NCBI GenBank assembly: GCA_965235115.1
Contig: OZ249436.1
Location: forward strand, 23,500,001 to 23,564,000
DNA from: Laetmonice hystrix
Lineage: Eukaryota
Direction of reading: 5' to 3'
Length of the DNA: 64,000 nt
Positions 13,101 through 26,048 of this stretch are shown here, one piece after another. Made by a program: the position numbers and the translations under genes. The first letter of the stretch is position 1. The number at the start of each line of letters is the position of its first letter. A model generated the notes under the pieces. That model saw only the letters and a program-made list of their open reading frames with translations, was not told the DNA's origin and did not search any database.

Positions 13101-15997
13101 AGCAGGTACTCCAAGGTCCGGATGTAACAAACAGTTTAGTGGGAGTGCTGTTGCGCTTTCGTGAAGGGAAGGTAGCAGTAATGGCAGATGTCCAATCGAT
13201 GTTTCACCAGGTGAAGGTACCTGCAGCTCAGAGAGATGTATTACGTTTCCTATGGTGGGAAAACGGGGATCCTGGAGGGCAGTTGGTGGAGTATCGTTTA
13301 ACTGTTCATCTGTTTGGGGGCACATGGAGTCCCGCGTGTTGTAATCACTTCCTGCAGCAAACAGCGGAGGACAATGCAGAGTTGTATGGTGAGCACATCG
13401 TAAAAGCAGTAAGGGAAAACTTCTATGTCGATGATTATCTCCAGTCGGTATCAACCATAGAAGAAGCATGTTATCAGGTTGTGGGATTGAGGTCTATCCT
13501 GCAACGTGGAGGGTTTCAGTTGAAGAAGTGGATAAGTAATGACAGGAAGGTCTTAGCAGAAATTCCGTCGGACGAGAGAGCCAGGGTGATGAAAGGGATT
13601 GTTTTAAATCATGATGAGTTACCAGCAGACAGAGCTTTAGGACTGCATTGGAGTGTGGAGGACGACACTTTGGGGTTTGCAATCATGGAAAAGGATCGTC
13701 CCATGACAAGGCGAGGAATCTTAAGCATCATCAGTTCGCTGTACGACCCACTTGGAATGGCTTCTCCCTTTGTGGTTAAAGCAAAGCTAATATTGCAAGC
13801 ATTGACACGGCAACGGCTTGGATGGGATGAGCCCATATCAGAGGCACAGATGACGCAGTGGAAGTCTTGGCTTGAAGATCTCTTGACTCTAGATAAGTTC
13901 AAAGTCCCATGGTGCATCATGAACACAGCTCATTGAAACCTTGTGAAAATGCAATTACATCATTTCTCGGATGCATCAGAGGCTGCGTATGGAGTTGCAT
14001 CGTACATTTGTACAGAAGATCAAGAGGGACGCGTACATGCGGCACTGGTATTCAGCAAGTCGCACCTCGCTCCGATAAAAAGAATGACTATACCACGATT
14101 GGAATTGGCAGCCGCAGCGCTTGCTGCGAGGATCGACAAAATGTTGAGGTGAGAGTTGCGCCTGGACATAGAGAGTTCTCATTTCTGGACAGATAGCCAG
14201 ATCGTCCTGCGATACATCAAGAATGTAACCAAGTGGTTTCGAGCATACGTGGGGAACCGTGTGTCAGTCATCCGTGGCTGTTCGAGTGTTCAGAACTGGC
14301 ACCATGTGGAGTCTCAGGACAACCCTGCAGATGATATCTCCAGAGGGATGACGGCGAGCCGGCTCATGAAGTCCCAGCAGTGGTACGAAGGACCGAGCTT
14401 CCACCTGGGAGGACAGAATGAATGGCCAACTGGAGCAGATACAGGAGAGATACCTGAGGATGACACAGAAGTGAAGAAAGAAACAGTCATGAACGTTATT
14501 ACTGAAGACGAAGGAGGAGGAACAGATGTGATAGACAAGTTAATTGAAAGACATTCTTCATGACTGAAAGAGTCGGTCGCATGGATCCTCAGAGTTAAGC
14601 AGGAATTGCGAAGAAGAGCTGCCGGGGAAGAAAGGAAGTCATGTACAGAAAGCCATATGACAGTGAAGGAGTTGGATAAAGCAGAGGAGGCAACTATTCG
14701 CTACATTCAGGAACGTCACTTCTCCAGGGAGATAGAGGACATGAAAAAGGGAAGAAGACATAAGCTACAGAACCTGAATCCATACCTCAACCTGCATGGT
14801 CTGTTAGTAGTTGGAGGCAGACTGTGGAATGCAACGGTCGACGAGAACGTAAAACATCCTGTCATATTACCAAAAAATTGTTGGATCAACACACTGATTG
14901 CGAGGGAAGTGCACGAAGAGGCGAGGCATGTAGGGAGAGAACATGTACTTTCAATCCTGAGGCAAAGGTACTGGATGGTTGGTGCAAGGTTAACAGTTAG
15001 AAAGGTACTGCGGAATTGCGTTGTCTGCAAAAGATTTAGGATGAATCCTAGTAGCCAGTTGATAGCGGATCTGCCAGAAGATCGTGTGACGCCACACTAC
15101 TGCTCCATTCAAGAACGTGGGAGTCGACTGTTTGGTCCAATTCTAGTCAAGCACGGGCGTACCCAACTGAAGAGGTACGGATGCCTCTTCACCTGTCTCC
15201 AAACGCGGGCGGTTCACATAGAAATTTTGACTTCCATGGACACAGACTCTTTCATAAACGGGATGCGCAGATTTATGTGTAGAAGGGGTGTTCCAGCTAA
15301 AATCCGAAGTGACAATGGGTCAAACTTTGTAGGCGCCGAGAGGGAATTGAAACGGGCGTTAGACGATTAGAACCAAAGAAGCATAGAAGGATTCCTGAAG
15401 CAGCGTGGCACGGAATGGTTGTTCAACACGCCCTTGGCATCACATCATGGAGGCGCTTGGGAGCGATTGATCCGTTCAGTGAGGAAGGCCTTAATGGTTT
15501 CCAGGGAACAAGTTCTAACAGAAGAGAGCCTAGCAACCTTCATGTGTGAAGCTGAAGCAGTTGTAAATAGTCGACCCATTACAATGGTGTCAGATGATGC
15601 TGCTGACTTAGAGGCGTTGATGCAGAGTCATCTGTTGTTGCTGAGGAGTGGACCAACGTTAGACCCAGGAGAGTTTCAGGAAAAGAACGTGTACAGGATA
15701 AGGTGGCGACAAGTACAATATCTTGCTGACGTTTTTTGGAGGAGATGGACGAGTGAATATTTGCCGCTACTACAGCAAAGAACAAAATGGAAACAGAAGA
15801 TGCGGAATCTTACAGTAGGAGATGTAGTTCTGCACATAGATACAGGTCAGCGGGGAGGATGGCAACTGGGATGGGTCACTGAGGTGTTTCCCAGTACAGA
15901 CGGTTTAGTCAGAAGTGTCCGTGTCAAGACACAGTTCTCATCATTTGTCCGTCCAGTAACGAAGCTTAGCTTGTTGGAAGGCGTCGCAGAAGAGTAA
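10157..15997 (+). pseudogene. gag-pol: BEL/Pao gag-pol polyprotein broken by frameshifts and stops
   Basis: Three zinc knuckles (CVVCKGKHWLMQC, CFNCLKVGHVGQRC, CIVDGCGRKHTKYLH); protease LLDSGS; RT YLPHHPV/IVFD/FYVDD; RNase H HHFSDAS/WTDS/NPAD; integrase SDNGSNF and GGAWE. Spread over about eight ORF fragments. Confidence 0.93.
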
Positions 15998-16300
15998 AGG
16001 TTACACTGAGTAAGTGTAGGCCTATTTAAATTGAAGTATAACGAAGTGGCAACAGGTTTGGTCATTAGTGTTAGTTTGAATTAAAGACACCACTCGTCAA
16101 TGACAGAGTATAGTATACGTATATGGATGTGAAAGACTGGTTGTATTGTTAAGTTACCTTATGAGAGCATAATTTACAGAAGGCTTGCTATGACATGGCA
16201 TGCTTTACACATTGTATCGATTATCAAGGGTCGTTCAGAGTTAAGTCTGTCCATTTGTTCATATTTGTATTAAATGGTGTGTTTATTTAATGGGGGGCGG

Positions 16301-16662
16301 TGTTACGGACAGACACTTAGTTCAAAGAAAGTGCGCAAGACGGCGCCACTGTCGGCGTGGTTAGAACGGTTGTAGCTCTTTTGCCTTTTTTAATAGTGAG
16401 AAATGGGCGGAAGTAGAATAGGCGAACACGTGTGTGGGGCCAGAATAACCGGTCAACGTTGTTGAACCACACAAACGCACTCTCTCTCTCTCAAACTCAA
16501 GGATCAAAGCCTACGGGAAGGTGAAACATAAGAACTCAAGCCAAGGAACATGTAAGAATTAGCGAATAAACAGCTGTGAGTATCAACCGTTGACGAGACT
16601 AGCCTATTTACTTCGCCTAACGTTAGGGATGGAAATGTGATCGCGGCCAGGCGTCACCTACA
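16301..16662 (+). repeat. 3' LTR (362 bp)
   Basis: Direct repeat of the 5' LTR, preceded by the PPT and followed by the TSD AGGAG. Confidence 0.95.
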
Positions 16663-16771
16663 AGGAGGTACGACCTATTGCCGACTTCTGACAACCACTG
16701 GTCGGTAGTTGGTTGGCAGAGGTTGTATACAGGCTTTAGGCAGTCTGTAAAAGGTTACCAGTGTTCGCTTA

Positions 16772-17653
16772 TAACCCCATTCCACTTAGGCCGATCGACC
16801 CCGATCTGGAGAACGGGAACGATCGTATTTGGAACGGTTTTAGAACGGGGCCAGATCGGGATGATCGTAAATGGAACTCCTTCGATCCTGGTTGATTGGG
16901 GAGATCGTATAGATCGGGACGGAATTTTGAACATGTTCTTGAACATGTTCAAAATTTCGTCCCGATCAATACGATCTGAACTGATTGTGAATACAGCGTG
17001 AATGCAGCGTAGTCCAATCGGAATGATCGTACTTAGAACGGCTTGGTTGTAGTTAGAACGGATTGAACGGCTGCGTCGTTGCAGCAGGAGGATGATGTTG
17101 TCCCGTTTCGACGACGATCTTTACCCATCGGTCCCGCTTCAATACCGATCCATGTTGATCCATTGTTGTCTTCGACAATACTGATGATCGTAGCAAATCC
17201 GGGCCTATTTATATGGATCGCGACCTGAAATCTGCTTTTTAGTCGGGTTAAAGACAGGAATGGAGCGTGGTTACATCTGTTTGGTCGGGAATGACGTAGT
17301 TGAAACGGCAACAGATCTGCACCATCGGCGTTGGATCAGTTTTCGATCGGCGGCGATCGGGAATGCATGTCTAAGAGCGGCGGCAATGGGAAATGCAGCG
17401 TGGTTACAGCGTACGCGAGCGGCAACACAGCGGCTCCAAACGGCTTCGATCGGGTCTTCAGGGAACAGATCTACCCACAATGAGCGTGGTTACAGCGTAT
17501 TGATCGTAATCAGAGCGTACTTAAGACGTACTTAGGACGTGGATACAGCGTAGTTGACCTTTTTTTGGCCAAAGTGTCCCGATCGCTCCCGACCTGGGAA
17601 TCGGGGCTAATCGGGGCCAATCGGGGCCGATCGGCCTAAGTGGAATGGGGGTA
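16772..17653. mobile_element. Harbinger-like MITE family B, copy 1
   Basis: TIRs CCCCATTCCACTTAGGCCGATCG / CGATCGGCCTAAGTGGAATGGGG; near-identical copy at 40321-41162. Confidence 0.8.
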
Positions 17654-17989
17654 TAAGTGGTTGTTCGAGCATTTTGGTCGGCTGGAGGTTTATGCTGCTG
17701 CTTAGAAAAACCTCTGCCGAACAAACTGGTCGGGAAAAGGTTTTTCTTGTCTTTACTCGCCCAATTAAATTTATGGCAAGTTTGGGGATGTTGGTCGGCA
17801 GTGGTTGTCGTTGGTCGCAGCTTTTTTTGGATTGCCAGAGGTCGGCAGTTGCTCGTACCTCCTGTGTGACTGGGGTCTAAGGTTTAAGCCTAACTAGCCA
17901 TAACTGTGGCTCCAACCACAGTGGATCCCATCCCCCTCAAATGACGTTATAAGAAGCGTGAAGCTTCAGGTCAAAGTTGTAAACAGCTC

Positions 17990-19260
17990 ACTAGTCAGAT
18001 CATTTCGGTTATCAACGCCTTGGTCTAACTTCAACCATTTACAAGAAAATATGGATGACATGATTATGACGTCATCGGTCACATGACCTAAAACTATAGT
18101 GTCCAAAGCAAGAGCACACATATTTATGACTTCCTATTAGTGTTTTATAGCAACTATGACTCCAACCTTAACCATTTACATGTGATAGCCTTGATAAAAT
18201 ATCGATGGTATCTTTATGATGTCATAGGTCACGTGATCTAAAAATTAACGGTGTCAATTGAGGGAGCATATTTGACTTCCTATCCGTGTGTAATGTTAAT
18301 AACTCTACTCTAACGGCTCTACCTTCAACCGTTTACAAGTGATAGCCCTGAGAAAATACAGAAGGCATAAACAGCTCATTAGTCCACTTCAACTATGTAC
18401 AAGAAAATAAGGATTGCATTATTATGACGTCATAGGTCACATCACCTAAAAATATGGTGTCAAAAGTAAGAACACATGGAACTTCTTATTAGCTTATTAT
18501 CGAAACTATGGCTCTAACTTGAACCATTTAGAACTTATAGCACTGATACGGATGTCATCCTTATGACGTCATACGTCATGTGGCTTAAAATATTATAATG
18601 TCAAAGAGAAGAGCACATATGATTTCTTATTTGTGTGTAACAGTAACTATGGCTTTAACTTCAAACCTTTACAAGTTATATCCCTAAGCAAATATCCATG
18701 ACATCCTTCCGACCCCATAGGACAGGTGATCTAAACCATGGTATCAAACATAAGAGAACATGACTTTCTATGAATTTTTAATAGTAACTATGGCTCTAAC
18801 TTGAAACATTTACATGTTATAGCCCTGAGCAAATATCGATGTCATCATGTCATAGGGCAATAAAAATAATGGTGCTAAATGAAACTATATATGACTTCCT
18901 ATTGGTGTTTCATAGTAACTATGGCTCTAAGTTCAACCATTTACAAGTTATAACTCTTAGAAAACATTGACGTGATCCTTATGACGTCATAGGCCACGTG
19001 ACCTAAAATAATGATGCCAAATAAAAGAGCATATATAACTTACTATTCGTGTTCAATAATAACCAGAGGCGTATCTGGCATGGTTTACAAGTTATCGCCC
19101 TGAAAAACTATAGATGACATCGTTATGACGTCATAGGTCACGTGACCTTAAAAATAATGGTGCAAAATGAAAGAGTATATGACCTCCTATTAGTGTTTCA
19201 TAGTACCTATGGGTCTGACTTCAACCATTTACAAGTTACGTCAAAGGTCACGTGACCTAC
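17990..19260. repeat. Degenerate tandem array of a ~140-145-bp unit, about 9 copies
   Basis: Recurrent TATGACGTCATAGGTCACGTGACCTAAAA...ATGACTTCCTATT...AACTATGGCTCTAACTTCAACCATTTACAAG, for example at ~18065, 18423, 18562, 18980 and 19124. Confidence 0.85.
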
Positions 19261-19558
19261 AAATTAATGAGGCCAAATGTGACCTGTGACCCAGTCCTTA
19301 AGAAGGGCAAAGGTCATCAGCAAAATGTTGATAAAAAAGTAATGAGGAACGATTCCTTTTCGAGGATCTGAGAGATAATTGTCCTATTCATATTTGTTTG
19401 TTCTTGACAGTTGACAGTGTGAAGTGCTTTTTGACGTGTATAACACGTCATAACTCGGAAGCATGACGGTCCATAACGTACTGATTGATATGGAGAGGTA
19501 GTCATGACATGGTTAACCTTCCCTGCAAGTTTCATCCAGATACCTTGAAAAGGCCATT

Positions 19559-20203
19559 GGGCCGAATGAATAAAAAAAAAGTAAATACTTTTTACTTCAA
19601 ATTTCAAGCAATTACTACCATCTGTTTGAATAAAAATGTAGCAAATACTTTTACTATGAAGTCTTTACCCCAAGTAAAAGTACAAAGTAACTGCCGACTT
19701 TGCTTTTGCTCCAAAACAAGCACATGCTTCCTTCGATATGAATAATAGAGAGTAACTGCTTGGTTATTCGGAGCAAATGCTAAAATTTTTTAAGGTAGCT
19801 CCATAGCTACCTTGACTTTTGAAGCAGTTGCACATGTTACTATTTGCTGCTGAAAGATCGGTGAAATAGCAGCTTACATGCAATTGGTGAGGAAGATCAA
19901 AGTATATAGGGTACGGGGAAGGACATTAGAAGACTCATACCCTCAAGAATACAGATTTGTTCAAGGGAATGTAGAGTGGTTGGGAGAACATTTAGTATTT
20001 AGATTTTTTTGATTTAGTAGGGGACAAGTGAATAGACAAGGACTCGCAGAAGTTATCCTTAAGATGACAAAATAATTAATTTTAAGTAGCTTGCACAAGG
20101 CTGCAAACGCTTATTAACAAAAATTAAATACTAAACCGAATATCATAACTCAATCTGATTAGTACAGGTATAACTCACATATAATATTTATTTATATTAT
20201 TAA

Positions 20204-20249
<46 letters not shown>

Positions 20250-20900
20250 TAAATTGTTTAAATTATTTTTTATTATTTTTTATTAAATTAATTAATTATT
20301 TATTTATTTACTTTAATTTTCTCTCTTTTTTTACTTTTTTACTTTTTAAAAACTTTATTATATTTTATATATATATATTATGTTTTATTGTTATTATTTT
20401 TATTTATAATTCCTCTTTTAACTTACCGGTTTATTTATTCAGTTTGTTTTTTATTTTATAAAATATTTGATATATTTTTTATTATTATTTATATTTTTAT
20501 TTAACGTTTTTTATTTCTTCGTCTTCTGAGGCCATTGCTATTGCTTGTGAATGCACTACTAAAAAACTGAGGTTGCCACAGCTGCTTAGGCCTACTAAGG
20601 GTGAATGAAGGGTAGTTCCAGAGCTCAGACAGCAGAGAAAACTGACCCGACTGCATCAAGGGCCAATGGAAATGTGCCATAAATGGCTAACCATTGCATA
20701 TTCAGCCCGAGTGCTGCTGACCTCAAGATTGTAAACAAGTATTTGCTTCTTGAGCAAAAGCATGTGCTTTTAAGGAAAAGGTAATGTTTATTCATATGGA
20801 ATCAGCCTTTTGCTTTTACTTCACAGTATTTACTTCAAGAACATGCTTTTACTTTTTGCTTCTACTATGAGTATTTACTTCGTTTTTATTCATTCGGCCC
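19559..20900. mobile_element. PIF/Harbinger-like non-autonomous element with an AT-rich/(ATT)n core
   Basis: ATT|GGGCCGAATGAATAAAAA ... TTTTTATTCATTCGGCCC|ATT, a 3-bp TSD; (ATT)n run at ~20205-20250. Confidence 0.75.
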
Positions 20901-21927
20901 ATTGTTGTGCTTCACTTGTGAGTATCAATAGCTAAATGTGTAACATACCCGTCAGCTGTACATCATGGGTTCGAATCCCACTATGAAAAAGTATTTTTTA
21001 TCAGATACCTTTCGTATTGTAAACGTCCAAATGCAAATTTTCATTTTTAGAAAAACTATTGAGCTATATATATTTTTTTCAATTTGATGGTCACTCATGA
21101 CCTAAAAGAGGGGCTCTGTGGCCCTTTCACCAGAAATCGATCTGACCTAGTTCTCCGTAAGGTCAAAGGTCAAATCAAAGGGCAGATTTAGGCAACACCA
21201 TTGCCTGATTATAATGGCATGAGGCGTTTTTTAAATTCCCAATATGAGCTTTAAAAAAGGGCCTCAATGCTTAAAACTGGCAATTATCTTAATCGGCTCC
21301 CTTAATAGGCCTACCAAGTATTGGTATCTTGAATAATGAGCGAGATATGATGCTAAAGTAAATGACTACACCTACAGGAATAATAATACAGAAAACGAAA
21401 CCATACAATTTTAAGATCCCATCCCCTGGATAAGGGATGAGATAATAATAGGAAAGACGAAACTCGACAATCCCACCCACTTGGTGGGGGATGGGATAAT
21501 AATAGGGAAGATGAAACCAAACAAGAACAAAATCCCATTTACTCGGATAATAATAGGGAAGATGAAACCACACAACAACAAAATAATGATAGTGTAGCCA
21601 AACGCATACAAAAACAATAATAATGAATCAACATATTTCCAAGAAGGGATAATGAAATTGTGAAACCTTCGTCTACCATTATGTCTGGACGGATTTGCTG
21701 CAAACAATGAAAGGTTCATTTCTAATTTGTTTTCTGAGTGTATACCTTTTTTGATACAGCCTGTATTGGGTCCATTCGACATGCATCTGCTACAGTTTTA
21801 CATGTAATATTATTATGTTGCCCTATGTTCCCAGGGAAATGTAGGGTATATCCTTCACTATAATATTCGTTTTAGGATGAGAACAGACGAAATGACCCAC
21901 ATCCCCTTTCATGTTAACATTTTGCAG

Positions 21928-22106
21928 ACTAGTATCCATGGAGACGAGGTTAGTCGTTCTCGGCATGGATCAGAACATCGACAACCTTAGGAGGATTTTG
22001 CCCAATTCGCAGAATATCCGAACTGTGTCAAGTTTTAGGAACATTCCAGAAACCATCGTGATAGAGCTCGCCGATATCATATGCAATATTGCCAGGTCCC
22101 AGCCAG
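21928..22106 (+). CDS. Exon: C-terminal part of vWA domain 2, after a 20.6-kb intron
   Basis: Acceptor TTTGCAG ends at 21927; phase 2 completes the Arg codon from the 1290 donor. Reads LVSMETRLVVLGMDQNIDNLRRILPNSQNIRTVSSFRNIP...LADIICNIARSQP, supplying the last vWA strand/helix and closing Cys. Donor G|GTAAGG. Confidence 0.85.
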
Positions 22107-22694
22107 GTAAGGGGAAGTGGGTTTTGTCTGTTTGTTTGTTTTTCAAAAGCATGAACTTTGAAGTCCAAAACTACCGTGCCTACCGAGGGGGAGGAGGGTC
22201 ACTTGTGTTCCGTTTAGGTTTACAGGTGTCTTTTGGGAGAAATAACCTCAGAAATAACTTTCCATCATTCAAGCAACATTTTTCACTAATTTCTTTAGGC
22301 CTGAGTGTCAGTTTGCCATGACTGTAGGTAGGTCCGTGCCATTTGGTAATAGAACAAAACTGCTTAATGGGTCGGCTACTCCTTCGTTTTCTGCTCCTCT
22401 TGCAAAAAGTGTTATGATTGTCTGATGTCCTCCTGCCATAAAAAACTACATCAGGGTGATGCTTCAGCTTTCGGGCGATTTTCTTTTACATATGCCAACA
22501 TTTGAAATACCTGTTTGATCTGTTCCCATGGATTTATAAGTTCATATCAGTTTCGTCTTTTATTGATATGTCAATACGGCATCTATGGCGTGATATTAAC
22601 AGGTCAAGGTTCAAAGATCACCTCTCAGTTATTACCAAGCGTTTCTTGGAGGAGCAAACAGGCGCTATATCGATGCTGTGTTTATTTGCGGTAG

Positions 22695-22835
22695 GTCTGC
22701 CCGGCCCCCCAGGCGCACCCGGCAGGCCCGGTAGGCCCGGACCTCCAGGTCCCCGTGGACTGACTGGCGCTGCAGGCCCGGGACCCCCCGGCCCTCGTGG
22801 ACCGAACGGGACCCCAGGGTCCCCGGGACCTTCTG
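22695..22835 (+). CDS. Collagen triple-helix exon 1 (141 nt)
   Basis: AG acceptor at 22693-22694, phase 1. Reads [47 protein letters not shown]; donor G|GTGAGT. Confidence 0.9.
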
Positions 22836-23021
22836 GTGAGTTTACACATGCCGGTCAGGCGGCTCCCTATAACGTGAAATCTTTCTAAGCTCTATGATAT
22901 CATCTGAGGCTCACTTTTGTTTGTTTGTTTGGAACCCTAGATAAAATGTTAAAATAGAAACTAGTTAAATCATGTAGGGATGATTCAGAGGTCTCTGATA
23001 GCAAGAATACCCCTTTGACAG

Positions 23022-23129
23022 GAGCTCCTGGCTTCCCCGGACGACCCGCAAGGACTGGAGCCACAGGACCGCGAGGGCTGATCGGGAACCCTGGATCGCG
23101 GGGCTTCCCTGGAGGAACTGGAGTCCCCG
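23022..23129 (+). CDS. Collagen exon 2 (108 nt)
   Basis: Acceptor TTTGACAG. Reads GAPGFPGRPARTGATGPRGLIGNPGSRGFPGGTGVP; donor G|GTTAGT. Confidence 0.88.
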
Positions 23130-23409
23130 GTTAGTAGTCGTAGTATATACAAAACAGGATGTTACTAGTGATTTACCTGCAGCGTGCGCAAATACCAGGC
23201 CATGCAATGTGCATCAAATAATAAGTATTTAGTGTATAGCTAATGCTAGACCTGCAAAATGCAGAATCACGAGACAGACCAAGGGGCAGTCTGTTATACT
23301 TGTTACATGCACCAAACCAATCATGTGTGATGTGTGAATCAGCCATTGTGTGTGGGTGATCTTTATGGTTGCAGTTAACCATCGGTGGTTAACCGGTGCC
23401 AACCCATAC

Positions 23410-23689
23410 CAGGGCCGGATCCAGGATTCTTAGAAAGGGGGGGCGTAGCCCCTGGAGAAGATTGCGAGCGCCGAAGGCGCAAAGCCCCAGGGGGGGTCTG
23501 GGGGACCTCCCCCCGAAAAAATTGAAAATTCATGTTTGTCAGATGCATTTTCCCATCATCTGAGAAAAGAACTGTTCCTTTTTTTCAGGGGGCAAAGAAC
23601 TGGTAAAATTCCAGTCTAAAAAATCATTACTCTGCCAAAAATAGGGGGGCGTACGCCCCCCACGCCCCCCCCCCCTGGATCCGGCCCTG
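23410..23689. mobile_element. hAT-like MITE with 5-bp TSD
   Basis: CATAC|CAGGGCCGGATCCAGG ... CCTGGATCCGGCCCTG|CATAC. Confidence 0.75.
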
Positions 23690-24199
23690 CATACTATATA
23701 GAAAAGGCAGTTGAAAGAGAAATCGATTACTGGAAAGACATCTACATATATGCACGCGATCTGTGGTTAAGAGCAGATAAGCCCCAGTCTCACCAAAGTC
23801 GATTGTACGACGTTCTATGCCGTTCTATCAAGGTCTGAAATATAGTTTAAGTCGTGATTAATCGTAAAGAAATCATGACAACCCGAAGATCTAGCTACGA
23901 ATCTATCATGTTCTATCCCGACATCGCCCTGACCTTGCCTACCGCGCAACGACTAAAACAACGTTCACTGCCGACTTTTTTGAATTTGGTGGCCAGTCAA
24001 ATGACCTAAAAGTTGGGTTCTATGGCCGTCATACCAGAAATCAGTCATATCTCTTGCAGTTTTCAACAGATCTTTATGAAACTAGTTGGGCTTAAAGAAG
24101 GGGGGGATATTGAGCCAAATTTATGCAATTTTCTCCTGCGACGTCACTGTTATGTGCTGCGACTTCATCCATGTATTTTAGATAGGAACTTAGTACCGC

Positions 24200-24650
24200 T
24201 TCAGTTGTGAGTCTCAATAGCCGATTGGGTTACATCCCCGTCAGACAGGTTGTATATCTGGGTTCGAATCCCACTATGGAATTTTTTTTTCAATTTGAGG
24301 GTGACTCATAGGACCGAAAAGGGGGGCTCTGTGGCCATTTTACCAGAAATCAATCATATCTTTTGCTGTTTTCAAGAGATCTTTATGAAAGTGTGCTTTT
24401 AAAGCAGGTTGGATGTTGACCCAAATTTTAGCACACAATATTATTGAACTACAAACTATTCTGAAAACCAACCCCACAGCTGACCGCTGACTCAGGGAGA
24501 ATACTCCTTCCAATGAGTTCCCATACACTGTGGGGTTTAGCCCAATTTGGTTTAAATTTGTTGATATAAATTACTTGACCTAGAAGTTTCACTATTTCAA
24601 GGGTTCTGACCACACAACTGAATGCAAGTAAAATATGTGGGCTGGTTCCT
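24200..24650 (+). mobile_element. Dispersed repeat with tRNA-derived (SINE-like) A/B boxes; related copies at ~20905-21140 and ~63340-63920
   Basis: A-box-like TAGCCGATTGG (24218-24228) and B-box GGTTCGAATCC (24261-24271) at tRNA-like spacing; three homologous copies. Confidence 0.55.
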
Positions 24651-26048
24651 TAAAGGGATGGAAAACACTTACGGCAAATAAGGTTTCGTAGACCGGATGA
24701 AACACCAGCATTTACCTCAGGGCAATAAATGACACAATTACGCTGTCTGAATGAAGTAATGAAAGGCAATCGCGCCATTTTAGTTCTGACGTTGAAAAAG
24801 CTTAGATATTTGGTAGAAGTGAAGATCTATATCTCTACTTTACAAAAACATGAAAAAAATATATGGTTACCGTGGAAACCTGAAAGTGACAGCACTGCCA
24901 CCTTGTGGCCAATTTGGAAATCAGGTAAAAGTAACAAAAACTACATAATTCAGTTTTTTGTATCTATTCGCAATCATAAATCACTTGACGACACCAGTTT
25001 AATCAGGAGACATGGATTAATGAAAATACACCAAAGAAATACAAAAAATGCAGGTTTTGGGGTGTTTCCAGGATACATATACTTCAACCGAAAAGTTAAT
25101 TTTTCGGCAGTCAGATCAGGAAATCGTGTACCAAAAAAATTCAACGTTGACAATTCTTCAAAATTGCAGCAGCGTATGCCGGAAGGGCTGCGTTATCATA
25201 TGCACACACAAAAAATAGGGGTCACCGTGCTTATTTTTTTAGTAACACGCTCTGTTTACCCCCGAGTTTGGCCAAAAACTGAATTTTTACACGTCAAATG
25301 TAGGAATTTCTATTTAAATGCAAAATAGACACCCTAGTTATATCAAAATGCTAAAATCCTTTCAAATATTTACCGTTTGAAGATATGAATATGAAAAGGT
25401 ACAAATATATAACAAATTTCATGTAATATGTCTCCATCAGTGCAACTGTATAGCAGATAAAATGTGCCCATATTTTACTCTGCTTTGATATAGGCCCTAC
25501 TACTAACCATCCTGCTTCACTCTGTAGGGCTACACATTATTTCAGTACATAAGTAATGGAAAAAAAGATTCAAAGGTTCTCCAAAGATTACTGAGACAAG
25601 TGCGACTTTGAGGTGGAAACACTTTTCTATATACCACAGCGCTTGGCATTTCACGTAGAGTATAGGGCCTACTGGCCATGCGGCCCTCTCGCAGCGCGTT
25701 CGACCAACGGTGACCCAGTCACGCGATGGGCCGCGGATGGCTGACGGAGCTACGGGCCTGACTAAAGCCCCAGTCCCACCAAAGCCGAATTAGCTACGAC
25801 GTGTCACGATCTGATAAATCGTGTAGAATCGGGAAAGGTCCTAACTCGGTCGTAGAGTAGTCTTGATAGATCCTCATAGGTCGCGACAATTTTGAACTGT
25901 TCAAAACAATCGGCATTGGTCGGGAAAAAGCTCAGATCGGGGCTATATCGTAGGTCAAACGTTGATCAGTCGGGAATATAGTCGGGGGACAATCGGGATA
26001 GTTCGTTGTTCAGTCCTGGTTTATCGTAGGACAATTGCCAGAAAATTA

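Larger units (their letters stand above)
9722..16662 (+). mobile_element. Full-length BEL/Pao LTR retrotransposon with disrupted coding region
   Basis: TG...CA LTRs at 9722-10081 and 16301-16662; 5-bp TSD AGGAG (9717-9721, 16663-16667); polypurine tract GGGGGGCGG at 16292-16300; domain order gag-PR-RT-RH-IN. Confidence 0.95.
9703..17877. mobile_element. PIF/Harbinger-like MITE hosting the BEL element and a second MITE
   Basis: TAA flanks both ends. The left TIR CCCCAGTCACACAGGAG|GTACGA is split by the BEL insertion and matches the right TIR TCGTACCTCCTGTGTGACTGGGG. Confidence 0.75.

Noticed and set aside
24211..24280. Functional tRNA gene
   Set aside because: A/B boxes are present, but I cannot build a convincing cloverleaf and the copies are diverged within a dispersed repeat.
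24729..25328. 199-aa ORF
   Set aside because: It spans the junction of two non-autonomous elements, has no recognisable domain, and the sister copy (3232-5370) is not open in the same way.
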